Part shown: piece by piece, positions 17,104 through 26,259 of the stretch
Position numbering within the stretch: position 1 is the first letter of the stretch
Layout: each line of letters starts with the position of its first letter
Source of the DNA: a virus
Taxonomy: Duplodnaviria; Caudoviricetes
Direction: 5' to 3' (one strand)
DNA length: 32,898 bases
IMG/VR virus record: IMGVR_UViG_3300042820_000068
Location: 1 to 32,898 of that record
Made by a program: the position numbers and the translations under genes
The notes under the pieces: generated by a model
Told to the model about the DNA's origin: nothing
The model's input: only the letters and a program-made list of their open reading frames with translations
Database searches by the model: none

Positions 17104-18789
17104 TTACGGGCAGCAGCCGACGACGCCGGAGACGTCCACCGGCACCTGGTAGAGGCGCGAGTCCGCGCACATCTTCATGACGTTGAAGCCGTCCTCGGCG
17201 AACAGCGCCGTGAACTGGTTCTGGGTGAGCAGCGCGTTGTCGTAGACGGTGTCAAGCTGGACCACGTCACGGACCGGCTTGACCCAGGTCCCGGCCGGGT
17301 AGGCCAGGAACTTGACCGACGTCGGGAACGCCGTGATGGGAGTCTGAGCACCGGGGCCTCCGGACAGGCCGGAGGCCGCGTCCTGCCAGTCGTAGACGAA
17401 GCGCGGAACCGCGTGCCGGGTCGTGAACGCGGCGAGGATCTCGCCGTCCGTGACGTTGATCGCGGCGACTCCGGCCCGGCGGGCGAGCGCCGCACGGATC
17501 GGGGCGATCACCCAGGCGGGGAGGACGATCTCGATCGTCGCCGTGCGGCCCATGCGGTTGCGGTACTTCATGTCCTCGATCGCGAGCTCCACGGCCGAGA
17601 GCAGCGCGCTGGCCGCATCGTCGCCGGAAGCGTCGGCGGAGATGACGACGGCCGCGCCGGAACCGGCGACGATGCGCGCGATGACCGACTCGTTCACCTT
17701 GTGCGCCAGGGCGACCATGGCGCCCTGGCTGAACCGGGTGACCGCCTCCGGGTAGCCCCGGCGCTGGAGCAGCGCGCCGGTGATGCAGATATACGCGACG
17801 TCCAGCCGGACCTCGACGAACGGCGGGCAGGGGATCTCGACACAGACCTTCTCGACGCCGTTCTCCACGTCGTACTCCGTCAGGATGACGTCACCGTCGT
17901 CGCCGATCGAGTCGAAGATGGAGCCGAAGTTGGGGCCGCCGTTCTCGGGGATGAAGAAACCTCCCCGGGTGGCCTGGATCTCCGGGATGTCCAGGATGCC
18001 ATCCAGGGTCTCCAGCGAGCACAGGTCGTAGATCGTCTCGGACGGCGCGCACCAGCCGACCGCTGCCGTGAGGGACTTACCGGCCTGGACCTGGGCCGTC
18101 ATCGCTGCGGTCAGGGAACCACCGACGAGACGGTCCTCGCTCATCGCGTAGTCGATGACCTTGAGCGCGTCCTTGGTGTCGGTGATCCGCAGCTCCTCGG
18201 GGAACTCGCGGTTGAACTGGACGTTGTTGTGCCGGACCATCGATCGGCCGCCGATGGCGAACCGGCCATGGCCGAGGTCCCGGACCTCGCCCTTGCGGGT
18301 GGCGGTGGAGTAGCTGGCCAACCTGCGCTCGATCAGAGCGCCCGCGTCCGCGAACGAGGCAATGACGTTGCCCGCGCCGGGAGCGTCGCTGGATGCGGTC
18401 ATGGACGCATAGACCGGCGCATCGGCGGTGACCGGCGCCGGGTCGATGGTGGACCGGGTAGCGACCACGGCCGGGGTGGGTTCCGGGGTGGCGACCGGGG
18501 CAGGCTCCGGCACGACGACCGGGGCGGGCTCGGGGGCGGCGACCGGGGCAGGCACGAGACCGGCGGAAAGCTCGGCGCGTGCGGCGACAGCGGCAGCGGC
18601 CGACTCGACCCGGCGGGTGTCCTCGGTGTTCACGGAGCCGAAGAGGTCGCGGGTCGCGGTGAGGAGCTCGGCGGAGCTGGTCTCGTCGGACACCACGGTC
18701 TGGGCGAACGCCCGTACCTGGGCCAGGAATGCAGCGAACTCTTCCGCGCTGAGCGCGGTCAGGTCAGCCGGAATTTGGAACGGGAACAT
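17104..18789 (-). CDS. Major capsid hexamer protein with N-terminal scaffold-like domain
   Basis: SLTAAVGWCAPSETIYDL, DIPEIQATRGG, LLQRRGYPE, FVYDWQ and NQFTALFAEDG motifs; helical N-terminus with a Pro/Ala linker. Confidence 0.9.
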   Translation of the reverse strand: MFPFQIPADLTALSAEEFAAFLAQVRAFAQTVVSDETSSAELLTATRDLFGSVNTEDTRRVESAAAAVAARAELSAGLVPAPVAAPEPAPVVVPEPAPVATPEPTPAVVATRSTIDPAPVTADAPVYASMTASSDAPGAGNVIASFADAGALIERRLASYSTATRKGEVRDLGHGRFAIGGRSMVRHNNVQFNREFPEELRITDTKDALKVIDYAMSEDRLVGGSLTAAMTAQVQAGKSLTAAVGWCAPSETIYDLCSLETLDGILDIPEIQATRGGFFIPENGGPNFGSIFDSIGDDGDVILTEYDVENGVEKVCVEIPCPPFVEVRLDVAYICITGALLQRRGYPEAVTRFSQGAMVALAHKVNESVIARIVAGSGAAVVISADASGDDAASALLSAVELAIEDMKYRNRMGRTATIEIVLPAWVIAPIRAALARRAGVAAINVTDGEILAAFTTRHAVPRFVYDWQDAASGLSGGPGAQTPITAFPTSVKFLAYPAGTWVKPVRDVVQLDTVYDNALLTQNQFTALFAEDGFNVMKMCADSRLYQVPVDVSGVVGCCP

Positions 18790-18919
18790 GTCGGATCCTC
18801 ACGTGGTAGCCGTGTGGCTGATCGACGTCTGGCCGGTCCGAGGCGCTGACACCAGGATGTCAACCGCCAGCCTAGCAGCCGGGTGGCCACCTCGGCCGGA
18901 ATGTCCGCCGGATCGTGTG

Positions 18920-18948
18920 TTGACACTTCCCCGTCATCACTGTAAGGT
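18920..18948 (+). promoter_or_regulatory. Promoter (leaderless start at 18956)
   Basis: TTGACA-cttccccgtcatcactg-TAAGGT. Confidence 0.8.
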
Positions 18949-18955
18949 TTCGCCT

Positions 18956-19192
18956 ATGACTGCCAAATCGCTCCGAGAGCTGGTCCCTGGAAGCACGGTG
19001 TGCGTGGTCGGGCGCGGCGAGGCTGTTCCGATCCATAGGCACATGTTCGTGAAGAGGCTGACCAAGACCATGTTCGTGGTCTCGCGCATCGTGGCGGGCA
19101 ACGAGCGCGAGACCCGCTACTCGTTCACGGACGGCCGAGAGGTCCAGGGCCGGACCGTCGCCGCTGTGAAGTGCCAGGCCCAGAAGAGTTGA
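18956..19192 (+). CDS. Small beta-rich hypothetical protein
   Basis: ATG 7 nt after the -10; 78 aa, VKRLTKT...RYS..DGRE. Confidence 0.7.
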   Translation: MTAKSLRELVPGSTVCVVGRGEAVPIHRHMFVKRLTKTMFVVSRIVAGNERETRYSFTDGREVQGRTVAAVKCQAQKS

Positions 19193-19217
19193 CACCTCCC
19201 CGTCATCACTGTAAGGT
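19189..19217 (+). promoter_or_regulatory. Promoter, near-exact duplicate of 18920
   Basis: TTGACA-cctccccgtcatcactg-TAAGGT. Confidence 0.8.
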
Positions 19218-19259
19218 TGTCCTCATAAGCAACACCGAGCGGAAGGACCACCACCGGCG

Positions 19260-19916
19260 ATGAGCACCCAGACCCGCGAGCGGAACTACAAGAGGAACCC
19301 CCATACCGCGCGCTTCCTGATGGCCTTCCACGCCGGATCCGCTGGCCTCCCGGCCGACGTCGCGCCGGAAGCCGACCTTCTCGATGAGGTCCCGGTGCAG
19401 GCTCCGGCCTACCAGCCGAGTGCCGCTCAGGTCGCCCTGATCAGCAAGCTGATCCTGGAGGTCCACGCCCTGGATGCCGAACTGGGCTCCCAGGCTGGCA
19501 CCTACACGGCGGCCATGGACCGCGAGGGTGCCTGGACCCGGGAGAACACCTTCCGCTGGATCGGCAACCTGATCAAGAAGTCCCGCGAGTTGCGCGCCTC
19601 CGCTCCGGCGCCGACCACCGTCGTTCAGGTGGCGGACGGCCGCTACGCGGTGGAGGAGGACGGGGTCCTGAAGTTCTTTAAGGTCAAGAACGGCCGCAAG
19701 GCCGGGATGGTCTTCCTGGACATCCAGGCTTCTGACGAGTGGCACGGGGTCCGCAACATGGGCCGCTTGCGCGCCGTGCTGGCCCTGATCGCCGCCGACC
19801 CCAAGGGCGCGATGGTCCGGTACGGCCGGGAACTGGGTGAGTGCGGTCGCTGTGGGCGCGTGCTCACCAGTGAGTACCGGAAGGCGGGCATCGGCCCGGT
19901 GTGCATCGACAAGTAA
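19260..19916 (+). CDS. DUF6011-type zinc-finger protein
   Basis: DGRYAV and C-terminal YG...GECGRCGRVLT....AGIGPVC. Confidence 0.8.
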   Translation: MSTQTRERNYKRNPHTARFLMAFHAGSAGLPADVAPEADLLDEVPVQAPAYQPSAAQVALISKLILEVHALDAELGSQAGTYTAAMDREGAWTRENTFRWIGNLIKKSRELRASAPAPTTVVQVADGRYAVEEDGVLKFFKVKNGRKAGMVFLDIQASDEWHGVRNMGRLRAVLALIAADPKGAMVRYGRELGECGRCGRVLTSEYRKAGIGPVCIDK

Positions 19917-19972
19917 CACCAGGCGGGGGGACCTACCGAGTAGGTCCCCCCGCACCTATCAGGGGAGAGGAA

Positions 19973-20245
19973 ATGCGAATTCTGGAGGTCCGTCCCGCAC
20001 GGGTCAAGGCGGCACTGGTGGAGATCGGGGACATGCTCGTGAGCTCCCCGGTCGGCGCCGATGGGCCGCGTCCGTCGCGCTGGCTGGGCAAGGTGAGCGA
20101 ACACGTGATCGTGGAAGACGAGGCCGTACCCGCTGACTGGCGCATCTGGCGCCTGGAGCTGGTCGGCGATCAGGCACCGACCGAGACGGCGAAGGTTCCG
20201 GCCGACGGCTGGGTCTGGGTGCACCTGCCGAGCGCAGATCTGTGA
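19973..20245 (+). CDS. Hypothetical protein
   Basis: GGAGAGG RBS before ATG 19973; 90 aa. Confidence 0.65.
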   Translation: MRILEVRPARVKAALVEIGDMLVSSPVGADGPRPSRWLGKVSEHVIVEDEAVPADWRIWRLELVGDQAPTETAKVPADGWVWVHLPSADL

Positions 20246-20306
20246 GCGCCCGGACCGTGCACCTGGCCAACCCAGGGAGTTACACAGGTAACGAGACCAA
20301 TAGGGG

Positions 20307-20681
20307 GTGGCGGCCGTGACCGCTCTACAGGTCCAGGTCGGATCGACCATCACGAACGGCTCCAGCGCCCTGCGGATCACCGAGAGAGGTACGGCTCAAG
20401 GGGGGTGGTACGGCATCACCATCTCTTTTCTCGGCGTAGGGGATGTGAAGCGGCCTCAGTCGCCCGCCTTCGTCCCTGACGACCTTCTCCCCGCGTGGCG
20501 CCACGTGCCGTTCGAGTGGACCCCGGTGGTGGGCAGTGGCCTGGAGGAGCGGTACGTCTGGGGCGCCGGGTGCCGGTGGCTTCAGCGCGAGGTCCGCAAG
20601 GTCGAGCCGGTGCCGGTGGACTGTCGGGCCGAGCACGTGGCTGTGTTCTTGTCCGCGATGATCCGACCCCTGGAGGACTGA
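20307..20681 (+). CDS. Hypothetical protein
   Basis: Tiles the plus-strand island; start at 20307 or 20316. Confidence 0.55.
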   Translation: MAAVTALQVQVGSTITNGSSALRITERGTAQGGWYGITISFLGVGDVKRPQSPAFVPDDLLPAWRHVPFEWTPVVGSGLEERYVWGAGCRWLQREVRKVEPVPVDCRAEHVAVFLSAMIRPLED

Positions 20682-20684
20682 CCG

Positions 20685-20936
20685 GTGAGGCTCCCAGACT
20701 GGGCGTACGCGCGCCTGGAGCGGGTCTACCTGGACCAGCGGAGCGCCCATCGCAAGGAGAGCGCGGCCCAGGCGGACCAGGACAACCAAGCGCTCCAGGC
20801 CTGGGCCGACCGGATGCGCGACGCCCACGACATGGGCACGTGCGGCGGCGCGGCGGCCGGGTGCCTGTACGTACCGTGCGTCCCGCTGGTGAGACTGTTG
20901 ACACTTCGCAGTCAAGACGGTAAGGTTGGCTCATGA
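20685..20936 (+). CDS. Hypothetical protein with H..G.C......C...PC motif
   Basis: GGAGG RBS; ATGA overlap with the next gene. Confidence 0.6.
   Translation: MRLPDWAYARLERVYLDQRSAHRKESAAQADQDNQALQAWADRMRDAHDMGTCGGAAAGCLYVPCVPLVRLLTLRSQDGKVGS
20898..20926 (+). promoter_or_regulatory. Promoter (leaderless start at 20933)
   Basis: TTGACA-cttcgcagtcaagacgg-TAAGGT, then 6 nt and ATG. Confidence 0.75.
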
Positions 20937-21154
20937 ACAACGGGAACGCACACCAGAGCGCATGGTCCGCTGACTTCCACGCCAACCGATCCAGCAACAC
21001 CCCGGACCAGTGCCCGGTGGAGGGCGGTTGCGGGGGTGACTGCATGGCAGTCCACCCCCGGGGCATCGTGGTGGACGCGGCGGGCCGGTGGCACGCAGTC
21101 CCCCCGATCAACCCGGACGACATGCTCCCGCTGTTCGTGGAGCACTACGCCTGA
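20933..21154 (+). CDS. Small Cys/His hypothetical protein
   Basis: 73 aa, CPVEGGCGGDCMAVH; followed by a terminator. Confidence 0.65.
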   Translation: MNNGNAHQSAWSADFHANRSSNTPDQCPVEGGCGGDCMAVHPRGIVVDAAGRWHAVPPINPDDMLPLFVEHYA

Positions 21155-21163
21155 GGGGACGGA

Positions 21164-21194
21164 GAAGGCCCCGGACCATCGGTCCGGGGCCTTC
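21164..21194. terminator. Intrinsic terminator between convergent units
   Basis: GAAGGCCCCGGACC-atc-GGTCCGGGGCCTTC, followed by TTCC. Confidence 0.75.
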
Positions 21195-21315
21195 TTCCGC
21201 GTGTGGGCGCCGGTCCGGTCGGCCTTGCGTCGGGTCTACCCCGCGCGGACACGTTCCCCCGGCCAGGGCCAGGGTACGGCGGCCCGAGGGCCGCTACCCA
21301 CCCCCTCCGCCTGAA

Positions 21316-21459
21316 TCAAGCGGCTGGCTTGATGACCGTCGCGCCCGGATGCTTGGCAGCAAACGCCAGCGCGGCGGCCTCGCTGGTCTTGGTCACCGTC
21401 AGCCCACCCGGCAACTTGACCTTGTAGTTGACCCGCTTGTTCTTGCATGAACAACCGAT
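21316..21459 (-). CDS. 47-aa 'MGCxC' small head-region protein, apparent ATC start
   Basis: (M)GCSCKNKRVNYKVKLPGGLTVTKTSEAAALAFAAKHPGATVIKPAA; GGAGGG 8 nt upstream; 2 nt after the protease stop, where MxCxC small genes usually sit in these phages. Confidence 0.7.
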   Translation of the reverse strand: MGCSCKNKRVNYKVKLPGGLTVTKTSEAAALAFAAKHPGATVIKPAA

Positions 21460-21461
21460 GG

Positions 21462-22859
21462 CTACTGCCCTCCGTCTCCCAGCGCGGCGGCCAGGGCCGC
21501 TCGCTCTCCGTCCTGCACGATCTTGATCTCGGTGATCAGCCGCCCGCGTGCCGACTGGGCTGCCCGGTCCTCGGCCAGCGCCCGGCGCACGGCGCCCTCG
21601 ATGTCCACCGTCTTCACGGTAGCGGACATCTCAGCGACCGGCCCGAGCGCTGCCGTCAGAGCGACCTGGCGCCCGGCCCGGCTGAACGTGCCGGGGATGG
21701 GGAATCCGGGCTCGGCGTGCGCACGCGGTCCGGGGGAGAGGGCTAGCACTTCGACCAGGCTCAGTCCGTTCGGGGTCTCGCGCCAGTCTCCGGACACCTT
21801 GCGCCGGTCCAGCGCCGCGCGCTCGGGCGCGTCGCAGGCCAGCTCGATCACGCCCGCCACCACGATGCCGTGCGCGTCCTCGTAAGCGCGAACGTGGGCG
21901 GCTACGGTCTTGGTGTCGTAGGCGGCCATGGCCGGGCCAGCGGCCAGATCAAGACCGGCGTGACGCCCTCCGACGGTGATGCGACCGGCCCACACGGTGT
22001 CACCGTCGTGCGTCTCCACCGGGAACCGGTTGAACCAGGCGTACCCGTCGGACTCGTCCTTGGGCGCGGTCACGCACACGTCGGAGTAGCCGACGTGACA
22101 GGTTTGCCAGGTCGCGATGTGGCCGTACACGCGTCCGGTTTCCCAGTCGAAGGTGATCGGGGTCGGACCGGTCAGCGAGGGCATGTCGAAGTCGACGGCG
22201 AACGGCCGGGTGTTGACCGTCGCCGCACTCGCGATGAGCGCGGCCAGCTCGGTGGTCTCAGCCGCTGCCTCGGTGTCCTCAGTGATGAGTTCCAGCGGGC
22301 GACTGGTCTCGGCGAACGCGGGGATCGTCACGAGGGTGGCGGCGCGCACCCGCCCGGCAGTCACCAGGAGCTCGATCTTCGGCTCCTCCCCGTCGTGCGC
22401 TTCCATGTGCGCCTCGATGTCCTCCCAGGTGATCGGCTCGTCCGTGCCCTCGATCACCGGGACGCCCTCAAACGAGTCCAGGTCCACGCTGGGACCTAGC
22501 GTGCCTGCGCTCATCAGGTGCATGGCCTCGCTGACGTCCTCGGCCAGGCGCGGCATGTCCTCCCGGCTGGCGTCGTCGAACATCTCGCCGGTGGCCCAGA
22601 CGGCTTCCATCGTGGGGCTGAGGCCCTTGACCGAGGCGGCATCGATGAGACCGGCAGCGACCGCTTCCTTGACGGTGGCGACGGTCGCGGTCTGCACCAC
22701 GCCAACCGCTACGGCGCCGTCATGGCCACCCTCGCGGGAGCGCACCCACTCGAACGAGAAGGGAACCTCGGCCAGGCTGATGGCGCCGGACTGGAAGCGG
22801 CGGCCGTCCCCGGTGCTCAGGCCGATCGGTGCCAGCATCGTGCGGAACTTTGAACCCAT
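21462..22859 (-). CDS. Capsid maturation protease
   Basis: STGDGRRF, GHDGAVAVG, GPSVDLD, ATLVTIPAF, GRVYGHIATWQTCH and SGDWR motifs; GAGGAGG RBS. Confidence 0.82.
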   Translation of the reverse strand: MGSKFRTMLAPIGLSTGDGRRFQSGAISLAEVPFSFEWVRSREGGHDGAVAVGVVQTATVATVKEAVAAGLIDAASVKGLSPTMEAVWATGEMFDDASREDMPRLAEDVSEAMHLMSAGTLGPSVDLDSFEGVPVIEGTDEPITWEDIEAHMEAHDGEEPKIELLVTAGRVRAATLVTIPAFAETSRPLELITEDTEAAAETTELAALIASAATVNTRPFAVDFDMPSLTGPTPITFDWETGRVYGHIATWQTCHVGYSDVCVTAPKDESDGYAWFNRFPVETHDGDTVWAGRITVGGRHAGLDLAAGPAMAAYDTKTVAAHVRAYEDAHGIVVAGVIELACDAPERAALDRRKVSGDWRETPNGLSLVEVLALSPGPRAHAEPGFPIPGTFSRAGRQVALTAALGPVAEMSATVKTVDIEGAVRRALAEDRAAQSARGRLITEIKIVQDGERAALAAALGDGGQ

Positions 22860-22876
22860 GACTGTCCTCCTCGTTC

Positions 22877-23107
22877 TCAGGTTACCGGTCGGCTTGTGGT
22901 TGGGGGCGCGCTCTGGTCGATCGGTACCTCGATACCCTGGGCTTCCAGCGCTCGGATGAGGGCGGCCTGGTAGTTCTTCAGGTCTGTGTGCTGCTGGTTG
23001 ACCAGGTTGTGTACGACTCCGACCCGGCGCGCCACGATGAGCCCGGTCGTCGCGGTCATCATGAGAGTGGCGACCGTGGCCACGTCAAGCACGTCTTTGA
23101 GGGTCAT
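22877..23107 (-). CDS. Small single-TM membrane protein
   Basis: Hydrophobic N-terminus, then VHNLVN and a coiled coil; ATGA overlap with MuF. Confidence 0.65.
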   Translation of the reverse strand: MTLKDVLDVATVATLMMTATTGLIVARRVGVVHNLVNQQHTDLKNYQAALIRALEAQGIEVPIDQSAPPTTSRPVT

Positions 23108-23928
23108 CGGCGTGACCTCATCTGCCGGTCAGTCACATCCACCGATTCGCCCTTTTCGAGTAAAAGAGACGCGCATCGGCAGTTGATCACTTCTTGTGCT
23201 GGTCCGAGAGGGTCGCCCGGAAAGCGCAACTCGAAACCACCGACGATGAACGGCTGATCGAGCGGCACCCGCTGGCCGTCCGCATCCCGGTGGTGCGGCC
23301 GGGTCCGGCCGTCCTCGGTCGCCAGCCAGAGGTGCTCATACTCGGTGTCCGGGTCCTCGGCGGCGAACGCCAGGAAGGCATCGTGGCGTCCGGCGGACAG
23401 TGCGCCGATCGTCTCGGTCCGGGCGATCGTGGTCGCCCGGTTCGGCCAGCGCTCCGATTCGGTCGTTGACAGGACGTCGTCAACTCTGGCAGTCAGCTTC
23501 GGAATGCCCTCGCCCAGGTTTACACCGTGGCTGATCTGTCCAGCAGCGAGCCCGTAGACCTCGTCCGGGATACGCACCAGACGGTTGCGCGCCTCAGCGA
23601 GGTAGTGCGTGACGAACGGGCGCCGGTCCCAGGCGAACTCCTCACCCAGCAGCCGGACGTACGAACGGCCTACCGCGTCCTTGATCTCGCCCTGCACGAT
23701 CAGGCCGACCGCATCGCGCCACAGGGGAGCGAGAGCGTGAATAGCGTCGATGTCCGGCGGCGCACTGCCGCGCAGCACCCGGCGCGCCGCTCGCACCATC
23801 CAGTCCGACAGTGCCGCCCAGACCGCACGCCGGATCGAGCGCTCCACCTCGGCAGCCTCGATCAGCGCGTTCAGTCGCTGCGGTAGCCACGGGTCGGTGC
23901 CCTGCCCGTCCCACGCCGGGCCGGTCAC
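23104..23928 (-). CDS. MuF-like (SPP1 gp7) head morphogenesis protein
   Basis: RATTIARTET, WLATEDGRTRPHH, LRFPGDP and EVINCRC motifs; GTGA start overlap at 23928. Confidence 0.9.
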   Translation of the reverse strand: MTGPAWDGQGTDPWLPQRLNALIEAAEVERSIRRAVWAALSDWMVRAARRVLRGSAPPDIDAIHALAPLWRDAVGLIVQGEIKDAVGRSYVRLLGEEFAWDRRPFVTHYLAEARNRLVRIPDEVYGLAAGQISHGVNLGEGIPKLTARVDDVLSTTESERWPNRATTIARTETIGALSAGRHDAFLAFAAEDPDTEYEHLWLATEDGRTRPHHRDADGQRVPLDQPFIVGGFELRFPGDPLGPAQEVINCRCASLLLEKGESVDVTDRQMRSRR

Positions 23929-24263
23929 AGTTGCTCGCTCACGTAGTTGTGATCGGTCCAGATGTCCCCGCACATGTGCGGGCCGGACTTCCAGCAGTGC
24001 CGGGGGGTCTCCTCCACAGGTCCCCTCAACTTGTGGTTCGCCTGGATCAAGACGTCCTGGACCCTCCTGGGAACTCCGCCCTTCAGCACGCCGGAGTCAT
24101 ACGCGTTATCCAGGCGGGCCTTGATGTCAGGCGGCAGCCTCAGTCCCCGGAAGTCCAGCGGCAGGCCGTTCAGGTACGACGTCAGCAACCGGTGTGCCCA
24201 CTCCGGAGCCTGGGGGGACCGTGCTGGAGGTCCCCCCACTGGGGTGTTTTCGCTGGTCACCAT
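23925..24263 (-). CDS. Hypothetical protein between portal and MuF
   Basis: GGAGGT RBS before ATG 24263; coupled to MuF; EWAHRLL..YLN.L resembles the portal C-terminus (LHRLLSGYVNELL). Confidence 0.55.
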   Translation of the reverse strand: MVTSENTPVGGPPARSPQAPEWAHRLLTSYLNGLPLDFRGLRLPPDIKARLDNAYDSGVLKGGVPRRVQDVLIQANHKLRGPVEETPRHCWKSGPHMCGDIWTDHNYVSEQL

Positions 24264-24339
24264 GACACCTCCAGCGCGAGATAGACGATCGACAGCAGCG
24301 CCAGAGCAGTACCGGCCAGGATTGTGGGGAAGCTGAGGG

Positions 24340-26256
24340 TCACGCTGCCACCAGCCCGTTGCCACGGTTTGCGATGCTCAGCGCTGCGAAGAGCAGGTCG
24401 TCGTGGTGCGGCATTCCCCGGGTCAGCAGCTCATTGACGTATCCGGAGAGCAACCGGTGCAGGTCACCCGGATCCACCCCCAGGTCTGACGCCACCAGGG
24501 CGACATGGGTCCACGCCCCGTCAGTGACCTGGGCCGCCTTGTCCGGCGTCACCCGGCCCACTTTGGCATGCAGCTCATGACGGGGCACGTCGTGCCACCG
24601 GCCGCGCCGCTCCGCCGGGGTGGCCAGGCGCCCTCCGGCCAGCTCCAGGGCGCGCAGGACCAGCAACTTGGCTGCCGAGTTGAAGACCCGCTCGGGTGTG
24701 AGCGGCGCGGCGGCCAGGGCCATGATCCGGTTGTCGAGCGCCGCCGTGATGGCACGCGCCGACCCAGCATCGTCCGGCGCATCCCCGTTGTTGGGGGGAC
24801 CGTTCGACGGTCCCCCCGGATCCTGGCCGTCGGTGTTCTGGTCGGCAGTCGCCGGAAGACCCACGGAACGCACCTGAGGCAGCCCCAGAGCCGTTTGCAC
24901 GGCCGGGTCCAGGATCAGGTCAGGCTGGGCCGTCACGAGCTTCAGGAGGATCTGAGCGGCCCGTTCCTGAACGGTCGGCATCTGTTCCGGGGAGAAGGCG
25001 CCCGCCTTGACGGCCTCCTCGTCGCTGATCAGGAACCGGTCATGGAGCTGGAGCGCCTCGTCCAGGCGGTTGGGCCGGGCGGCGAGTGCCGAGGTGTTGA
25101 ACGCGAATGCGTACTTCTCCGGGTCGGCGACGCCCATCGAAGCCAGCGCGGGCCGCAGGAAGCCCCGGGTCAGTGCGTCGGCGATCAGACCCAGGTAACC
25201 CTGAATCCACCGGATGCCCTCCTCGGTGATCAGCCAGCCGGACCAGTGGTTGGTGTCGCCGATCTTGGACATGACGTCCGCCGGGATCTCGGCCGACGCG
25301 CCCAGGCGATCGATGGCCTTGTCCTTCATCGGCGTGATCTCGGCGGAGAGCTCGCTCCAGAAGGTCATCGGCTTGATCTTGTCGATGTGCTCCAGCAGGT
25401 GATCAGGGATCGTCGCCATGATCGGGACCATCGCGCTGGCCGTGCTCTGGTCCTGCATCGACGCGGCCACGACGCGTTGCATGTAGGCCATGAAGCCGGT
25501 CAGGCCAGCCGGGTCGTCCACGCCCCGGGGAAAGTCCACGCCCTCGGGGAGGAACATCAGACCGGCGCCGGTCAGGCGGCTGTCCAGTTCGGCGAACTCG
25601 CGCTTGGTCAGCAGCTCTATCTCGCGCAACGGCACGATGGCTGACCGGGTGAAGCTGTCGGCCTGATCGGTGTCGTTCGGGTGCGGTCGCCAGCACCGGA
25701 TTAAGATGTCCACACCGTCTGCGAGCACCAGCTTCGAGCCGCCGCGCTGCTGAGGGCGGCGCACGGTGACATCGTTGCCGACCCGGCCGAGTGCGGCGCC
25801 GGTGACCACGAACCAGGATCCTTCGGCCTTCTCGGGGTTGGTGGCCGCGCCCTCACCGACGATCCAGCACTCCCCGCCTACGGCCAGGTCGATACCAGCC
25901 AGCCGCAAGCAGTCGTCGCGCTGGCTGCCGGTACCCAGCGGGACAGCGGCAAGACGGCGAATGGCTTCGTCATCCACCTCGCCGGTCTCCTCGCCGGTCG
26001 CGTCCACCTCGGTCACGTACAGCCGGGCCTGGGCGACGCTGTCACCGATGCGGCCGGTCAGGAAGTGGTGCTCGGGCACGATGTCGTAGAGGCGCCACGC
26101 TTCGGTCTGCCAGTCCCGGTTGCCGAACTTCCAAGTGCGCCAGGAGCTGGACTCGCCCAGGTCGACCACGGCGGTAGCACCGGCCAGGGCAGTGCGTTCG
26201 GGGTACTCGAAGTCGGGCTTGGTGATGACGGTGCTGCGCTGCCGCCGTAGGGCCAC
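24340..26256 (-). CDS. Portal protein
   Basis: 638 aa; WQTEAWRLYDIVPE, LAVGGECW, RCWRPHP, SRLTGAG and NHWSGW motifs of cluster-B-like portals. Confidence 0.9.
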   Translation of the reverse strand: MALRRQRSTVITKPDFEYPERTALAGATAVVDLGESSSWRTWKFGNRDWQTEAWRLYDIVPEHHFLTGRIGDSVAQARLYVTEVDATGEETGEVDDEAIRRLAAVPLGTGSQRDDCLRLAGIDLAVGGECWIVGEGAATNPEKAEGSWFVVTGAALGRVGNDVTVRRPQQRGGSKLVLADGVDILIRCWRPHPNDTDQADSFTRSAIVPLREIELLTKREFAELDSRLTGAGLMFLPEGVDFPRGVDDPAGLTGFMAYMQRVVAASMQDQSTASAMVPIMATIPDHLLEHIDKIKPMTFWSELSAEITPMKDKAIDRLGASAEIPADVMSKIGDTNHWSGWLITEEGIRWIQGYLGLIADALTRGFLRPALASMGVADPEKYAFAFNTSALAARPNRLDEALQLHDRFLISDEEAVKAGAFSPEQMPTVQERAAQILLKLVTAQPDLILDPAVQTALGLPQVRSVGLPATADQNTDGQDPGGPSNGPPNNGDAPDDAGSARAITAALDNRIMALAAAPLTPERVFNSAAKLLVLRALELAGGRLATPAERRGRWHDVPRHELHAKVGRVTPDKAAQVTDGAWTHVALVASDLGVDPGDLHRLLSGYVNELLTRGMPHHDDLLFAALSIANRGNGLVAA

Positions 26257-26259
26257 GGG

